A stretch of DNA of 54,341 nt from Callorhinchus milii (Eukaryota), in contig NW_024705325.1 of the NCBI RefSeq assembly GCF_018977255.1, positions 1 to 54,341 of the forward strand. The letters run 5' to 3'. Shown one piece after another: positions 10,970 to 21,486 of this stretch (the stretch's first letter is position 1; the number at the start of each line of letters is the position of its first letter). A model generated the notes under the pieces. The model saw only the letters and a program-made list of their open reading frames with translations, was not told the DNA's origin and made no database searches. The translations under genes and the position numbers were made by a program.

Positions 10970-11720
10970 GCTCTTGAAAAATAAAACAAACTTAATTTCA
11001 CGCAATGAACACAAACCGGAGAGAGAGAGACTGTCGCATGTGACCTGAGGCAGTGAAGCCCCTCTGTTGAGTTGTAATTAGTGGCTGCCGCATGCAAGGG
11101 GAGTTGCGAGCAATTTTTTTTTATTCTTTGTTTAACCCCTTTCCGTTTTTTTGGCGTTGGCCTCGCGGTCCCTGCGGTGCCTTGTGCTGCCCGACAGAAC
11201 TCCCTTCCCGGCGAGACATTAATTCAAAGGCAGAAGCGCCGTGCCGCGTTTGATTAAAATGTATTTTTTTCAGCGGGCATATTCCGAGCTGCGAGCGTGG
11301 ATTACGCACTCTCCAGCTAATTAAAAACTTTCCAGGGACCTGTCTTGTCCGAGGCAGTCCCGTCTGCGTTAACCCGTGGCTGATAATCTGCGTGAAGTGT
11401 GCGCGTTTATATTTTCTGTTCATGTTGTTTAATTTCGAGCCCAAGTCTACTACTTGGCATGTCCAGCGCCAAGCGAACATGTGGTGGCGGACGGCAGCGT
11501 TTGTACGTTCTTGGAACAAAAGTCCCGGCGCCGGCCTTGTGAACGTTCGATAAATGTAACCCCATTAGCCGCACTTGGTTAATTCATGGCTGGATTATTC
11601 TCCGGGCAAGGATTGGAACGCCGTGTTGTCGACGGTTAGAATTCTCCGTGCGTCTGTCAGGGGCATGAAGATCACCCCTCCCCGGTGATTGGATTCAATT
11701 CATTAATCGATTAGTTATTT
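10970..11720. promoter_or_regulatory. Candidate conserved non-coding element/enhancer in the OLA1 intron
   Basis: Repeat-free, high-complexity block with TAATTA homeodomain sites (11075-11080, 11318-11323) and TTCAAAG (11223-11229). Gnathostome OLA1 introns are known to hold highly conserved elements. Conservation cannot be verified here. Confidence 0.45.
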
Positions 11721-11859
11721 TTTGTGTCGAGGACTGTACTGTATGTTTTTACCATTTGCCGCATTCTCTCTCGCTTGCTTTGCTGTATTAGTTATGCGCT
11801 ATTTGCTTTAGGTTACATTCCATAGTAACAAGAATAATAATTATATACGGCCCTTTGTC

Positions 11860-12058
11860 AAACTACTGCTGGGTGAAGGCCTCCCCACTCCGTGTTGTTT
11901 CATGACCACGCTGGTCGGTGTAGGTTGGTGATGGTGGGTGGGTGGGTAGGGATGTCCAAGACCGGTTCGTCTCTCCACTCATGTCACAGTAGCCGGGAAT
12001 CAAACTCGGATCGCCGGGTTCATAGTAGGATACATGAATCACTGCTCCGCCGTTCTCC
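11860..12058 (-). mobile_element. SINE with family-A-like head and RTE-type 3' tail
   Basis: Minus strand: tRNA-like head (gagtttgattccc, gaaccggtcttgg), then ccagcgtggt...ggggaggccttcacccagcagtag. Confidence 0.65.
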
Positions 12059-12376
12059 TTGGTACAGCGGTTGGCGGGCCACTCCAAGAACTTAGTTCAA
12101 ATCCCGTCAAGTTTTAAGTAATTTCCTGCAGCAAAGATGGTAGACTTTGACAGGTTCTGGACCGTTAAGATAAATGTTCAGACCTGCGGTTACTTGCTCA
12201 CGGCACCACTGCTGGCATCTTGACATGAGACTGCTCAGTGACACAACCCCCAACGGTCATTGCAAAGGGAAGTTTTCATTTAAATACAGAACCTGCAGAT
12301 TTCACTCCTTCACGATGATGGTGAAACTTTCACAGAGCTGTACCTGAGAAGCGCAGGCTCTGGGCCTACGCCAGGC

Positions 12377-12610
12377 CAGAGGTCGCAAACGGGTTTTGAT
12401 TCCTTACCCGTACCCGTACCCGGCCGCACCAGGGTCGCAAACGGCTACCCGTACCCGGCCGGGTACGGGTACCCGTTCCCTACTCGTACCCGTACCCTAC
12501 CCGAAATGAGTGACAAACGGTTACTCACCAGTGACTCACGGCCTACCCGTACCCGGCCGCACCGGGTATCGGGTAGGGTACGGTTATCGGGTACCCAGTT
12601 ACGACCTCTG
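12377..12610. mobile_element. Non-autonomous hAT-type DNA transposon (MITE), 234 bp
   Basis: TIRs cagaggtcgcaa / ttacgacctctg (11 of 12 match). Perfect 8-bp TSD cgccaggc at 12369-12376 and 12611-12618. Many internal TACCCG/CGGGTA subterminal repeats. Confidence 0.9.
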
Positions 12611-12952
12611 CGCCAGGCTGATCACCGCTGGGGACGTTGCCCTCCCTTTGTCCACTCACACGAGTTTCCGCACCGATTCCGTGTGGCCGTCGCCAGTGAG
12701 GCTCGGTGTGCCGCCGTCAAACCCCTCCCCCGGACCCTCGCCGTAACCTCGGGGGCGCGGCGCATGTGAAGTGGGGTGGCTCGCCACGCCGGCGCTCCGA
12801 CCACGCCTCCGCTTGTGCGCTATCGCAGTGCCCCTACTCACTGGATCGTGGCGCGCGGCGGATGCCGCTGCCGAGACGCCGCAGCAACCTCTTGCCCCTT
12901 GCTGTGCTGATTTACCCCCCCCCCAACAGCCGTCCCGCCCCAGTATCACAAA

Positions 12953-13649
12953 TTAAAATTCGATTTGAGAATCGGCTTTATTTGTTATATCGTTGTAGAT
13001 GTAGCCAGTAGGCATCACATACGCTAGTTGTACATAATGTATAAAAAAAACGTTGATTATGAATAATGTATAAATATAACATACGAGTTCACAGAGTCTG
13101 TCTTCGCCAGGCACAATGATTCAATAAATATAATTATTAACCTGATGTGAATTTTTTACAATTTTTATCTACGATCAGACACTAACAACTACTCCAAAAA
13201 AATGTATTTTTCCGACAAAAAACTCAGTTGGCAAGTTGATTCAACTTATATTTAAAGACATATCCATCGAAAACTGCTCAATTTGAAGATACCGTTCTTT
13301 TTTTTATTCGAAAGAACAAAAATGTATCAACTTAATACTCTCTGAGGGGAAGCTCTTATCTTTTACCGTTTTATAATTATTCAGATTGAACATCATAAAA
13401 TGCATATTTTTTTCAATGCAAAACTGCTTGAATCTGAAATATCTGAGAAACAATAAAAGATAGAACAATGGTTCTCGCTTTAATTTTATTTCATGTTTAG
13501 AGCTCTCAATCTTATCATTTGAACAGTTTCTGAATGACACCACGCACACACGTATTCATGGGGCACTTAGAAGCGAACCATGTGCTGCCACCACTCCGCC
13601 CACGCGACATACGAATCAACAAATAACCGATTTCTCATTGGCCCTTTGA
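12953..13649. mobile_element. Candidate old AT-rich non-autonomous DNA transposon
   Basis: Abrupt AT-rich block bounded by an imperfect inverted repeat, tgagaatcggctttatttgtt (12966-12986) / aacaaataaccgatttctca (13618-13637). Confidence 0.4.
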
Positions 13650-14704
13650 CGCAGGGCGTGGTAAGCAAAATAATCCGTGTCCGTTAATATTTACTTATTC
13701 AGGAAAATCCACACTGAGTCGTAGAACTCCAGCGGTGAGTTTTTTTATTGAAAAAAAAATTCAGCCAATTAGTGACGCGTATAAGGTGCCAGCAACTCTC
13801 TCCCGTCCACACACATGGAAACAGGTGGAGATGAGTCCACTTGCTCTACTGCCTTCTGGCGAGCCGGAGTTATGGCACCTCGACGTCCCAAGGAAGGGAG
13901 GTTCACAACACGTGTATGTGTGATCATTGTTTTTTTACCCTTTTTTCTGGCAACAAAACTGACACCTTTTTTACAAGGAGTCATGTTTGCATAGACCACA
14001 ATACCTGCAGTCGTAATGCAAACAAAAAACATAACTCTGATAATGTATGCACTGTCCTTGAAGTTGATTGGTCCACACCCGAGAGACAGCTTTCCTTAGA
14101 GCCTAGTCTCACATGGTGTTGGACCAGATGACGACCAGATGATGCCAAAAAGGTGTGTATGTGTGTGATCAGCAAATCCTTGCCTCCACAGTGCTGGATC
14201 GCAGACAACCACGTGCGTGGCCCCTGCAGCTCGCTTATTTAAATGCCTTTCAAGGCGGTGGTAGCGAATGTGGCCGCGTAGCTGTGTTGGGGAGACGGAG
14301 CGCGTGGATGTGTAGGGATGTGCTCTCGCGTGCGGCAAACTCCCCCGATTTTTGGCAGGAGCTCATCTTACAAACTTTTTTTGTCATGAACTAAAATCCT
14401 TCTGTGTTCGCTGTGAGGGCCGCGCTGCCGAGAGTGATGGGGGAAGCGATCATTTTACCCTTCTTCTTTAGCAATATAGGAGAACAACTCTCAAGTGGTT
14501 TCTGTCTTTCTGCTCGATCACAATTGTCTCTTCTTTTGGATTTCTGAGTGTTAAGGTCCGTTCCTAAATGAAGTACATTTCTTCAGGTATTTTGACGTGG
14601 GCCTGGCTGCAGTGTCATGTTTCAAACATTTTTAGTTTTTCCTTTTTGTTCTTTTTATCTGCGAAGCCTCCCTTGCGTCTCAAGACTCGTGTTCACGAAT
14701 GTTT

Positions 14705-14937
14705 AACACGGAGGCTTTCGCAACCAATATTAACCCTAATAGAGGTTATTGGGTTTAGATCGCGGAAATATAAATGTGTCGTTAAACCCGCCACCACCTA
14801 GTAACGAATTAAACTAGTAACGAATTGGCACGTTTTGTTTACGTGGAAAACCTTACTAATTGGCTGTTGTGGGGTGGTGACGGATTTAACGACACACGTC
14901 TATAATTACGCGATCTAACCCAAAAACCTCGACTATA
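14705..14937 (-). mobile_element. Palindromic short element, family 2
   Basis: Same arms and same one-sided extension (aacacggaggctttcgcaaccaatat). Flanking repeats cgtgttcacgaatgttt (14688-14704) / cgtgttcaggaatgttt (14938-14954). Internal 13-bp duplication ctagtaacgaatt. Confidence 0.8.
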
Positions 14938-15309
14938 CGTGTTCAGGAATGTTTTGCGGAGTGTTTGCCAAAATTCCGTCTGTGCGTATGCCTCCGCGTG
15001 GGAGGACACCAGATTGCCCGGAGAACAGCCCACGCGCATTTGTTGAGCCAGGTTCAACAACTGTTTAGCTTCAGAGATCTCGACGAGATCGGGCATGTTT
15101 AGGTTGCTTTTATCTTTGCGCGAATAGAAACCAAAGTGGCGAGAGAAAACCCACGCTTATCTGGGGATAACGTTTCAAAAATCCGTACAGATGGGTCCGC
15201 AACCGACTCCGCTGTACTGCCATCTGCCGTCCACCTGCGATTTGTGAGTTTCACACGTGCGATGCACCTTCCATCTGCTGGCATAAAGGCGCATGCCCAT
15301 CACACGGAC

Positions 15310-15410
15310 GACAATGACTGTGACAATAATGGTGATGAATACGAGGATAATGATGACGGTGGTGGTGGTAGTGATTATGATGATGACAACGATGATGATG
15401 ATAACGGTAA
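15310..15410. repeat. (GAT/GGT)n degenerate trinucleotide repeat
   Basis: Visible periodicity. Confidence 0.85.
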
Positions 15411-15635
15411 TGTACCACAGCCTTGGTCTAGAGCAGCGATGATGACAGACGTGCACCGCTTCGAGGTGACAGGCAGCTGGTGTCGGAAGCCGCCACAGTG
15501 CCGTGAGTGCGGCGCGCGGCGCAGAGTTAAAAGTGACACGGCAGACGGGAGTTTCTCCAAGCAAGTAACGCGCAGAATTACTGTGTCGCTCGCATGCCTT
15601 GTTAGACGTGTGTGTGCGTGTGCCTGCGTTTGTGT

Positions 15636-15909
15636 GGGGAGCGGTGGTGCACTGGTTATTGTGTTGCGCTACGAACCCGGCGACTCGAGTTCAATTCCCG
15701 CTCATGGCCAACACCAGTGACGATTGTCTGAACCGGTCCTGGGCCTACCCTAGATCGACTCGGCCTCAAATGAGTACCTGGTGCCATGAGTAAACATCGC
15801 CACTGGGAGTCAAAGGTGGCCGGGCGTGGTGTTGCCGCCACCCACAACACCTCATCGTGCGCCGTGTCGGCTTTCGTCGGTCCTCGTAAACGGCACTTGC
15901 CCCAGCAGC
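15636..15909 (+). mobile_element. tRNA-derived SINE, family A, near full length
   Basis: ggggagcggtggtgcactggtta, gagttcaattcccgctc, gaaccggtcctgggcct, tcgactcggcctcaaatgagtacc, gcacttgcccc. Confidence 0.88.
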
Positions 15910-16254
15910 GCGTGTCGACTGCTCAGGGGATTGTTGGCTGTCTGTCAGGGGGGCGGTTTGGTTTGGATCTGCGGTCCCCACGTTTATTTTCCTGCTCGTG
16001 CCGCCCTTTTTTCGGGGTGAGGGGGAACGGAAGGGGGAAACCAGCAGCCTGCCAGGAGGACTCGGACTCGCTTGCCCTCGTTATACCGTTTCATCTACAT
16101 TTATTTATTTACTTTACCCCCTGCTCTACTCATCCCCCCCTCCCCAACACAGCCAACTAGAATCCCCCCCCCCCCCTCTTATTTTGTCGCCGAGCGCACT
16201 GCGCTTTTGAAAGGACTCTGCGGTGAAGCCCTAACGCCTTATCTCTGCCCACAG

Positions 16255-16335
16255 GACATCATGTGCAAGATAAAGAGCTGGGTGGTGGATGAAAAGAAGC
16301 ACATCCGATTCCACCCCGATTGGAATGATAAGGAG
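16255..16335 (+). CDS. OLA1: OLA1 internal coding exon (equivalent to human exon 6)
   Basis: Translates as [27 protein letters not shown], in frame with the previous exon. Branch-point-like ctaac at 16231-16235, pyrimidine tract, acceptor cacag, donor gtgaga at 16336. 81 bp. Confidence 0.96.
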
Positions 16336-16519
16336 GTGAGACCGCTCTGATATCCCCCCGGTTTTTCTCATTAGCGGCCGACACCGCTGCTACTCGCCGA
16401 CCTCCCCCTCGGCCCCTGCCGCGCCACAACCACCGTGGCCCCCACCACTCCGCACCCCCCCCTCCCCCCTGCTGCTGCTGATGGTGGGAGGGCAGCAGGC
16501 AGCGTTCGAGGAGGAAAAC

Positions 16520-16812
16520 CAGCAGGCGCTTGTGGTTGTGGTGGTTGTGACTGCGGTTCTGGCAGCAGCGTCGGTGATCGTAACCGCAGTGGTGGTAATG
16601 ACGGTGTGGTGGCGGTTAATGGTGGTGGAGGCGGAGGTGGTGGTGGTGGAAGTGGTATTAATGACGGTGTTTGGTGGAGTGGTGTTAATGAACGGTGGTG
16701 ATAGTGAGAATGATGGCGTTTGTGGTTGATGGTGGCATTCGTGGTAATGACCAGTGGTGGTGGTGATGGTGGTAATCATGTTGGTGGTGGTGGCTGTGGT
16801 GGCGGTGGTGCT
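16520..16812. repeat. (GGT)n degenerate trinucleotide repeat
   Basis: Visible periodicity; similar (CAC)n tracts at about 8510-8620 and 8870-8990. Confidence 0.9.
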
Positions 16813-17140
16813 GGAAGAGGGAGCGAGAGAGAGAGCGGTGCGCACGGTTGTTTAATCTTCTTCCACATCCACCGCCTTGATACGCAGCCTGTAATGCAAA
16901 TGAGGACAACAGTGGGATGCGTTTGATACGCGCGTGGGAGTTCATGAGAGTGCGCGTATGTTTGAGCGAGCGTGCGTGCGTGCGTGCGTGCGACATGCAC
17001 ACACGGACTTTAATCCGCCTTTAAACTGTCGCTGCACTCGTGTTCCAATCAGTCCGGATCTTATTTTTATCCGTTTTCTCCTCCCGATATTTTTTCACAC
17101 GTGTTACACTGTACATACAGTATATGAGCGTGTGCGCGTA

Positions 17141-17400
17141 GCTGCAGCGTAAAGCGGTTGGAGCACCGCGCTACGAACTTGACTACCCAAGTTTGATTCC
17201 CGCTCACGGCCCACTTCAGGAACGATCCCTCGGCCTCCTCTGGCTCAACCCGACCTTAAATGAGTACCTGGCGCCATGTGTGTATACATCAGTACGGGGG
17301 GAGACAAAGGCGGCCCTACCTCCTACTTGTGCACCGTGCTGGCCTTAATAGGTGCTCGCTAATCAACACTTGCCCCAACAGCCTGTGTAGGCTACAAGGG
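17141..17400 (+). mobile_element. tRNA-derived SINE, family A
   Basis: gcgctacgaac, gtttgattcccgctcacggcc, aaatgagtacctgg, ggtgctcgctaa, cacttgccccaaca. Confidence 0.8.
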
Positions 17401-17449
17401 AAGACGGTGGGGGGGAGATATCTTCCATCTACTTATTTGATTCTAGATG

Positions 17450-18270
17450 TACAACGCTCTGCAAGACATGGCGCCTCCAGCCGAGCGCGAGCGAGTCAGT
17501 CTCCAGCGTGTTCCTCGAGTGACAGTGCCGGCTCGGGAGCTGAACACCGATGTGAGCGGTCCAAGGCCCAGGCACGAAGCGCAACCCGTCCGCTTGGGCG
17601 CGACCACGCTAGGCCGGCGCCGAGCCTTCGGGAACATCCGAATAAAACGCCGGCAAAGGTCAAGACACGCAGCGACGCCCTTCACAAGGTGGCTGCTTCG
17701 CCACGGACGGTGCAGGTGACACAGCTGGTAGGACGTCGGCTCCCGCTATCTCCTACTCGGCGGCAGAGGTACTGCGCGCCAGGCTGGAGTCGGCTCTTCA
17801 CACGCCGAGTTCGACGATGCGCACCATCGTCGCGGGAACTCTTCGACCGGCCTCTCTAGCGGCCGTCCTGAGCAAACATTGCTCCCCCTTCACATCCGAC
17901 GGAAAGTTGCAAGAGCTAACAAGCGACTGGGGAAGATCGACGCCGGGCCGGGCTAACCCTGCCGCTGCACAGAAGATATCCGGCGTCCACCTGCGCCGCA
18001 CGTCTTCCGTCACCACGACGCGCGCCTCGGTCCAAACGCAGCTGGCGGGAGGGATGGAGGTCAACATCGCCACCAAACCGGTTCGTTACCGCGGATCCTG
18101 CAGTCTGTCCACCTGGCTCCAACCTACCCACGCATCAATGTTCCGGACAGGGCAAGGTCTCTGTGCAGCCAACCTCCACCGCTGGGGTCTCCGTGACAAC
18201 GAGGACTACACGTGGCCACCGAGGACGCTGTCGCATGGCTCGGCGATTGTGCACACACCGAATGAACGAA
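17450..18270 (+). mobile_element. Decayed non-LTR retrotransposon, probably Vingi/Ingi-group, 3' half of the ORF
   Basis: Frameshifted peptides WRLQPSAS, KTPAKVKTR, YCAPGWSR, DPAVCPPGSNLP, FRTGQGLCAANLHRWGLRD and LHVATEDAVAWL. The clade assignment is from memory of family motifs. Confidence 0.7.
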
Positions 18271-18388
18271 TGCACACACTGTAAAGTTTACATCGAGGTA
18301 TTGGTACCGATTGGTTCACTTTTCCCCACGAGTAGCACGTTTGGCCTGCCGGACAAACGAGGTTGACGGTGCTCGACTAGAATTCGGT

Positions 18389-18520
18389 CCAATATTAATA
18401 ACAACAATGACAAATCCCTACGATTTATTGTTTTTTGGGTTAGACCGTGAAGGTATATAATGCCATTGTCTATTACCCGCCACCACCCCACAGAGCTGAT
18501 CAAACCACGTTGCCACGTGG
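18389..18520 (-). mobile_element. Old single-arm relic related to family 2
   Basis: ttttttgggttagaccg...tatataa...acccgccaccacccca resembles the left arm of the three intact copies. Confidence 0.5.
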
Positions 18521-19620
18521 TCAAATGTGCCCAACTGATTTGGTTTTTCAGCGAAGCGGAATTTTAAGGCAAGCGAAATGTTGACAGTTTCGCGCGGCGT
18601 TTTGCCGGAGGAGATTATTGCGGCGTGTCACGGCGGAGCCATTACACGGGCGCTGACGTCCGACCCCAGCGTCCGCCCCCAAGGCGTTAAGAGGCGAACG
18701 AATTCCTGTGAAATAAAACAACCGCGTGATTGTTCCAGCGGGAGCGTGCGTGCGTGCGTCTCATCCCACTCACTGTTAATGCTCATAACATTTTTATCCT
18801 CTGACGGTCGGCGCTCTCAATTATCCGGGGGTAACGGGATCGGGGAGGGTGGGGGGATGGTGGCTCGGATAAAACAAACATGGAGTACTTGATGAATAGT
18901 GTATATATTATAACGAGCACAAATCCACATTTTTCCTTTTAATCCTGAAGAGAATTCGACATCTCGCACGCTGCGCTTGTATTTTCACGCGCTCGCCGAT
19001 TTTGCGAACGTTCCACGGACTTTTGGGAACCCTTGCCACCTACGTTGACGCATCGCAGTGGGGTCAGTCTTCCTCGTGTAATAAAGAACGTACACCCCTC
19101 TCGCACACTTTGCGTGCAACTTGTCGTCGTTGTCGACGTGAATGTGCCTGTTGGCATTGTGTTTCTGTTGTTGTGATTGCCGTTGCAGAGTATTTGGCTA
19201 CTGTCGTAAAATCTTAACGCAACAAGCCACTTGGTCGAGCGATCAATTGTAATAGCCGGGTCGCTGTATGGCCCAGTGGGCCTTACCTGGTAAAATAGTC
19301 ATAGTGAAATTTTATTTGAAAAATAAAATGAAAATTGTTAGAATAGAATTCGTCCTTCAAATTGACTTGGATGAAGCCACAGCGGCAGGCCTGGGTCACT
19401 CGTAGAGGCGTGACGGCACGCGGAGTTGTCGGGATGAGGGCTCGCGCTCCAACTGGAACGCCGACGACTCTCCGCCTCTCGTGTTTGACGTCCCGGTTGT
19501 ATCGCTCATCCTTTGTTCCGTCTCCCTTGTGGAGTTTTGTTCGCTCCATTAGCCCACGTGTAACCTACCGTGTGATTTATTGTGCATGTAATAAGCATGC
19601 ATTTGTGTTAATGCATTGCA

Positions 19621-19699
19621 TTGCTGAAGCAGTAATTCTGCTCCAGCAGAATTACTGCTTCAGCAAAATTAACTGCTTCAGCAATGTTGCTGGAGCAGT
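19621..19699. repeat. Double palindrome built from a 13-bp unit TTGCTGAAGCAGT
   Basis: Perfect 22-bp arms at 19621-19642 / 19645-19666, plus 13-bp arms at 19672-19684 / 19687-19699 with one G-T pair. Confidence 0.9.
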
Positions 19700-19702
19700 C
19701 AA

Positions 19703-19743
19703 CGCCTGATGACGGTTGCTTGTGTGGCTTCCGAAACGTCGTG
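19703..19743 (+). ncRNA. Minimal type I hammerhead motif, core intact, on the OLA1 sense strand
   Basis: cgc-CTGATGA-c-GG-ttgcttgtgtggctt-CC-GAAA-cg-TC-gtg. All core nucleotides are present but stems I and II are weak. Confidence 0.65.
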
Positions 19744-19836
19744 ATTTAATTTATTTGTTTTCTTTTTTACCTACGTGACTTTACCGAAAAAACCAAAGAG
19801 TATGGATCATTGCAGTCACGATAACTTCAAATCTAG
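19703..19836 (+). mobile_element. Penelope-like family 1 solo pseudo-LTR
   Basis: Aligns with 10485-10650, sharing ccgaaacgtcgtgattta, ttacctacgtgactttaccgaaaaaacc, gagtatg and tgcagtcacga..cttcaaatctag. Confidence 0.8.
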
Positions 19837-19996
19837 GATTCCTGACTTACCAAAGCGGTTATCGGTTTCGGAGAAAGATTACCGATTTACCCATCATCTT
19901 TTAGCAAGCCCATGAGAGTGCTGGCCCCGAGGGTTGCGACGTTGTCAGGGCGGAGGAGGCTTCACCGTGGCCGCCGTCTCGCCCGTGTGCCCGCAG

Positions 19997-20094
19997 ATCG
20001 AGGTTCTGAACAAACACCTGCTCCTCACCTCCAAGCCCATGGTCTACCTGGTGAACCTGTCCGAGAAAGACTACATCCGCAAGAAGAACAAGTG
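19997..20094 (+). CDS. OLA1: OLA1 internal coding exon (equivalent to human exon 7), contains the NLSE G4 variant motif
   Basis: Translates as [32 protein letters not shown](W, split codon). Acceptor ccgcag at 19991-19996, donor gtgagc at 20095. 98 bp. This frame is not listed in the supplied ORF track. Confidence 0.96.
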
Positions 20095-20534
20095 GTGAGC
20101 CTCGGCGGAGACATCGGCTTGAAATTCAGTGTTAATTACAATTAAAGTAATTATCGTGCTCGGGCCCACGTGTGAGAGAGAGGGAGAAGGGCCATTGCCT
20201 ATGGCCACTTGGCAACCGGTGCCGAGTATGCCCGTGTCGAAACAATGTTGCTGAATTTAGCCTCTCCCGGAAGGCCGTGTTGCTGATGAGGTGTGCATGA
20301 TTTTATTTTACTTTTGATGTGGAGGTGACAGATGTGGGAAGTGGGGAGGGGGGGCGACGTAATGTCTGCTTCTTTGTTTTGTTACGCTCAAGTTGAAATC
20401 GGTGCTGTCCCGCTTACGTGAACGCAGGGCGGCGAACCCCTCTTGTGTTTGCAGCTACGAGCCATTGGTGGGAATGCCACATTCCGATGGCAGGCGGCGA
20501 GTCTATCCGTAGGACAACCACTGCCGACTGCCCT

Positions 20535-20646
20535 CAAATTGGTACTCATTTTGTCGATGCTTGAACTGTGAAGGGCCGAGCCAATCCCTGACCGGGGTGC
20601 GAACCCGCGGCCCCACGGTTTTGAAGGGGAGCATTCTCCAACTCGG
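20535..20646 (-). mobile_element. Diverged tRNA-derived SINE, different subfamily
   Basis: Minus strand: gggttcgcaccccgg (box B-like), ggctcggccctt, tcgacaaaatgagtacc. Confidence 0.55.
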
Positions 20647-21184
20647 CAGAAAAGCCGCCTCTTGAGTCTCAGGGCTCCTTGGCAGGAGGGGTCCTCCTGC
20701 CTGGGAGTCATCAATGAGTGTTGTTGACTTGTGAGGTTTCTCCGGGATCCTTTGGTTTTCTGCTAGCACCTGTCAAATATCACGTTACACGCTCTCACGA
20801 AATTCAGACTCACCGAAGCTTTCATGGATAATGTATTATGAATTTGAATGAAGTGTAAACGTGTCCTCTTTGGCCTTATGGACTCCGGGGGCCGCAAGTG
20901 CCTCTCGCGAATGTCTATTCAGGCGAACAGCGCACGGAGGGATGGCGTGGCTGGTATACACTCACGAGTCATGAGTACACACCCATGCGTGGAAGACCTT
21001 GATTTGATTGAACACGGCACTTGGACTGTCACATGTCGAGCAATTAGAATAACGATGTGACTTTACCACATACGGTGTTAGCCTACTTCTGTAAGCCATG
21101 CTTTGTATCCTTAGTGCTGATGTTTGCACACCACACGGCCTGCTGCACCTGCCATGCACACACTACCGCATGCACCCTGACACA

Positions 21185-21486
21185 AAAAAGACAAAGATCC
21201 CCCTTATAGCTTTAACAGACTGTAGGGGCAAGTACTGTTAGCGAGCACCTATGAAGGTTGGAAAGGTACACGAGGGGGTGGGTGGCCAGAACCACGCCCG
21301 GCCGCCTTTGTCTCCCCATTGGCGATGCTAACACATCGCACCAGTTACTCATTTGAGGCTGAGTCGACCTAGGGGAGGCCCAGGACCGGTTCATATAATC
21401 GTCACTGGTGTTGGCCGTGAGCGGGAATCGAACCCGGGTCGTTGGGTTAAATGCGCAGCGCGCTAACCGCTCCCCTACCGCTCCCC
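21185..21486 (-). mobile_element. tRNA-derived SINE, family A, full length with TSD
   Basis: Complete head-to-tail copy on the minus strand (box B gggttcgattcc). Direct repeat accctgacaca at 21174-21184 and 21487-21497. Confidence 0.9.

Noticed and set aside
13700-13800. Possible third Penelope-type terminal repeat on the minus strand (acgcgtca...aataaa...ggagttct)
   Set aside because: Single copy, no hammerhead core and no TSD found.
16074-16091. ALVIPF, identical to a hexapeptide of the next expected OLA1 exon
   Set aside because: Wrong order in the gene, flanking residues do not match, and no suitable exon structure; treated as chance.
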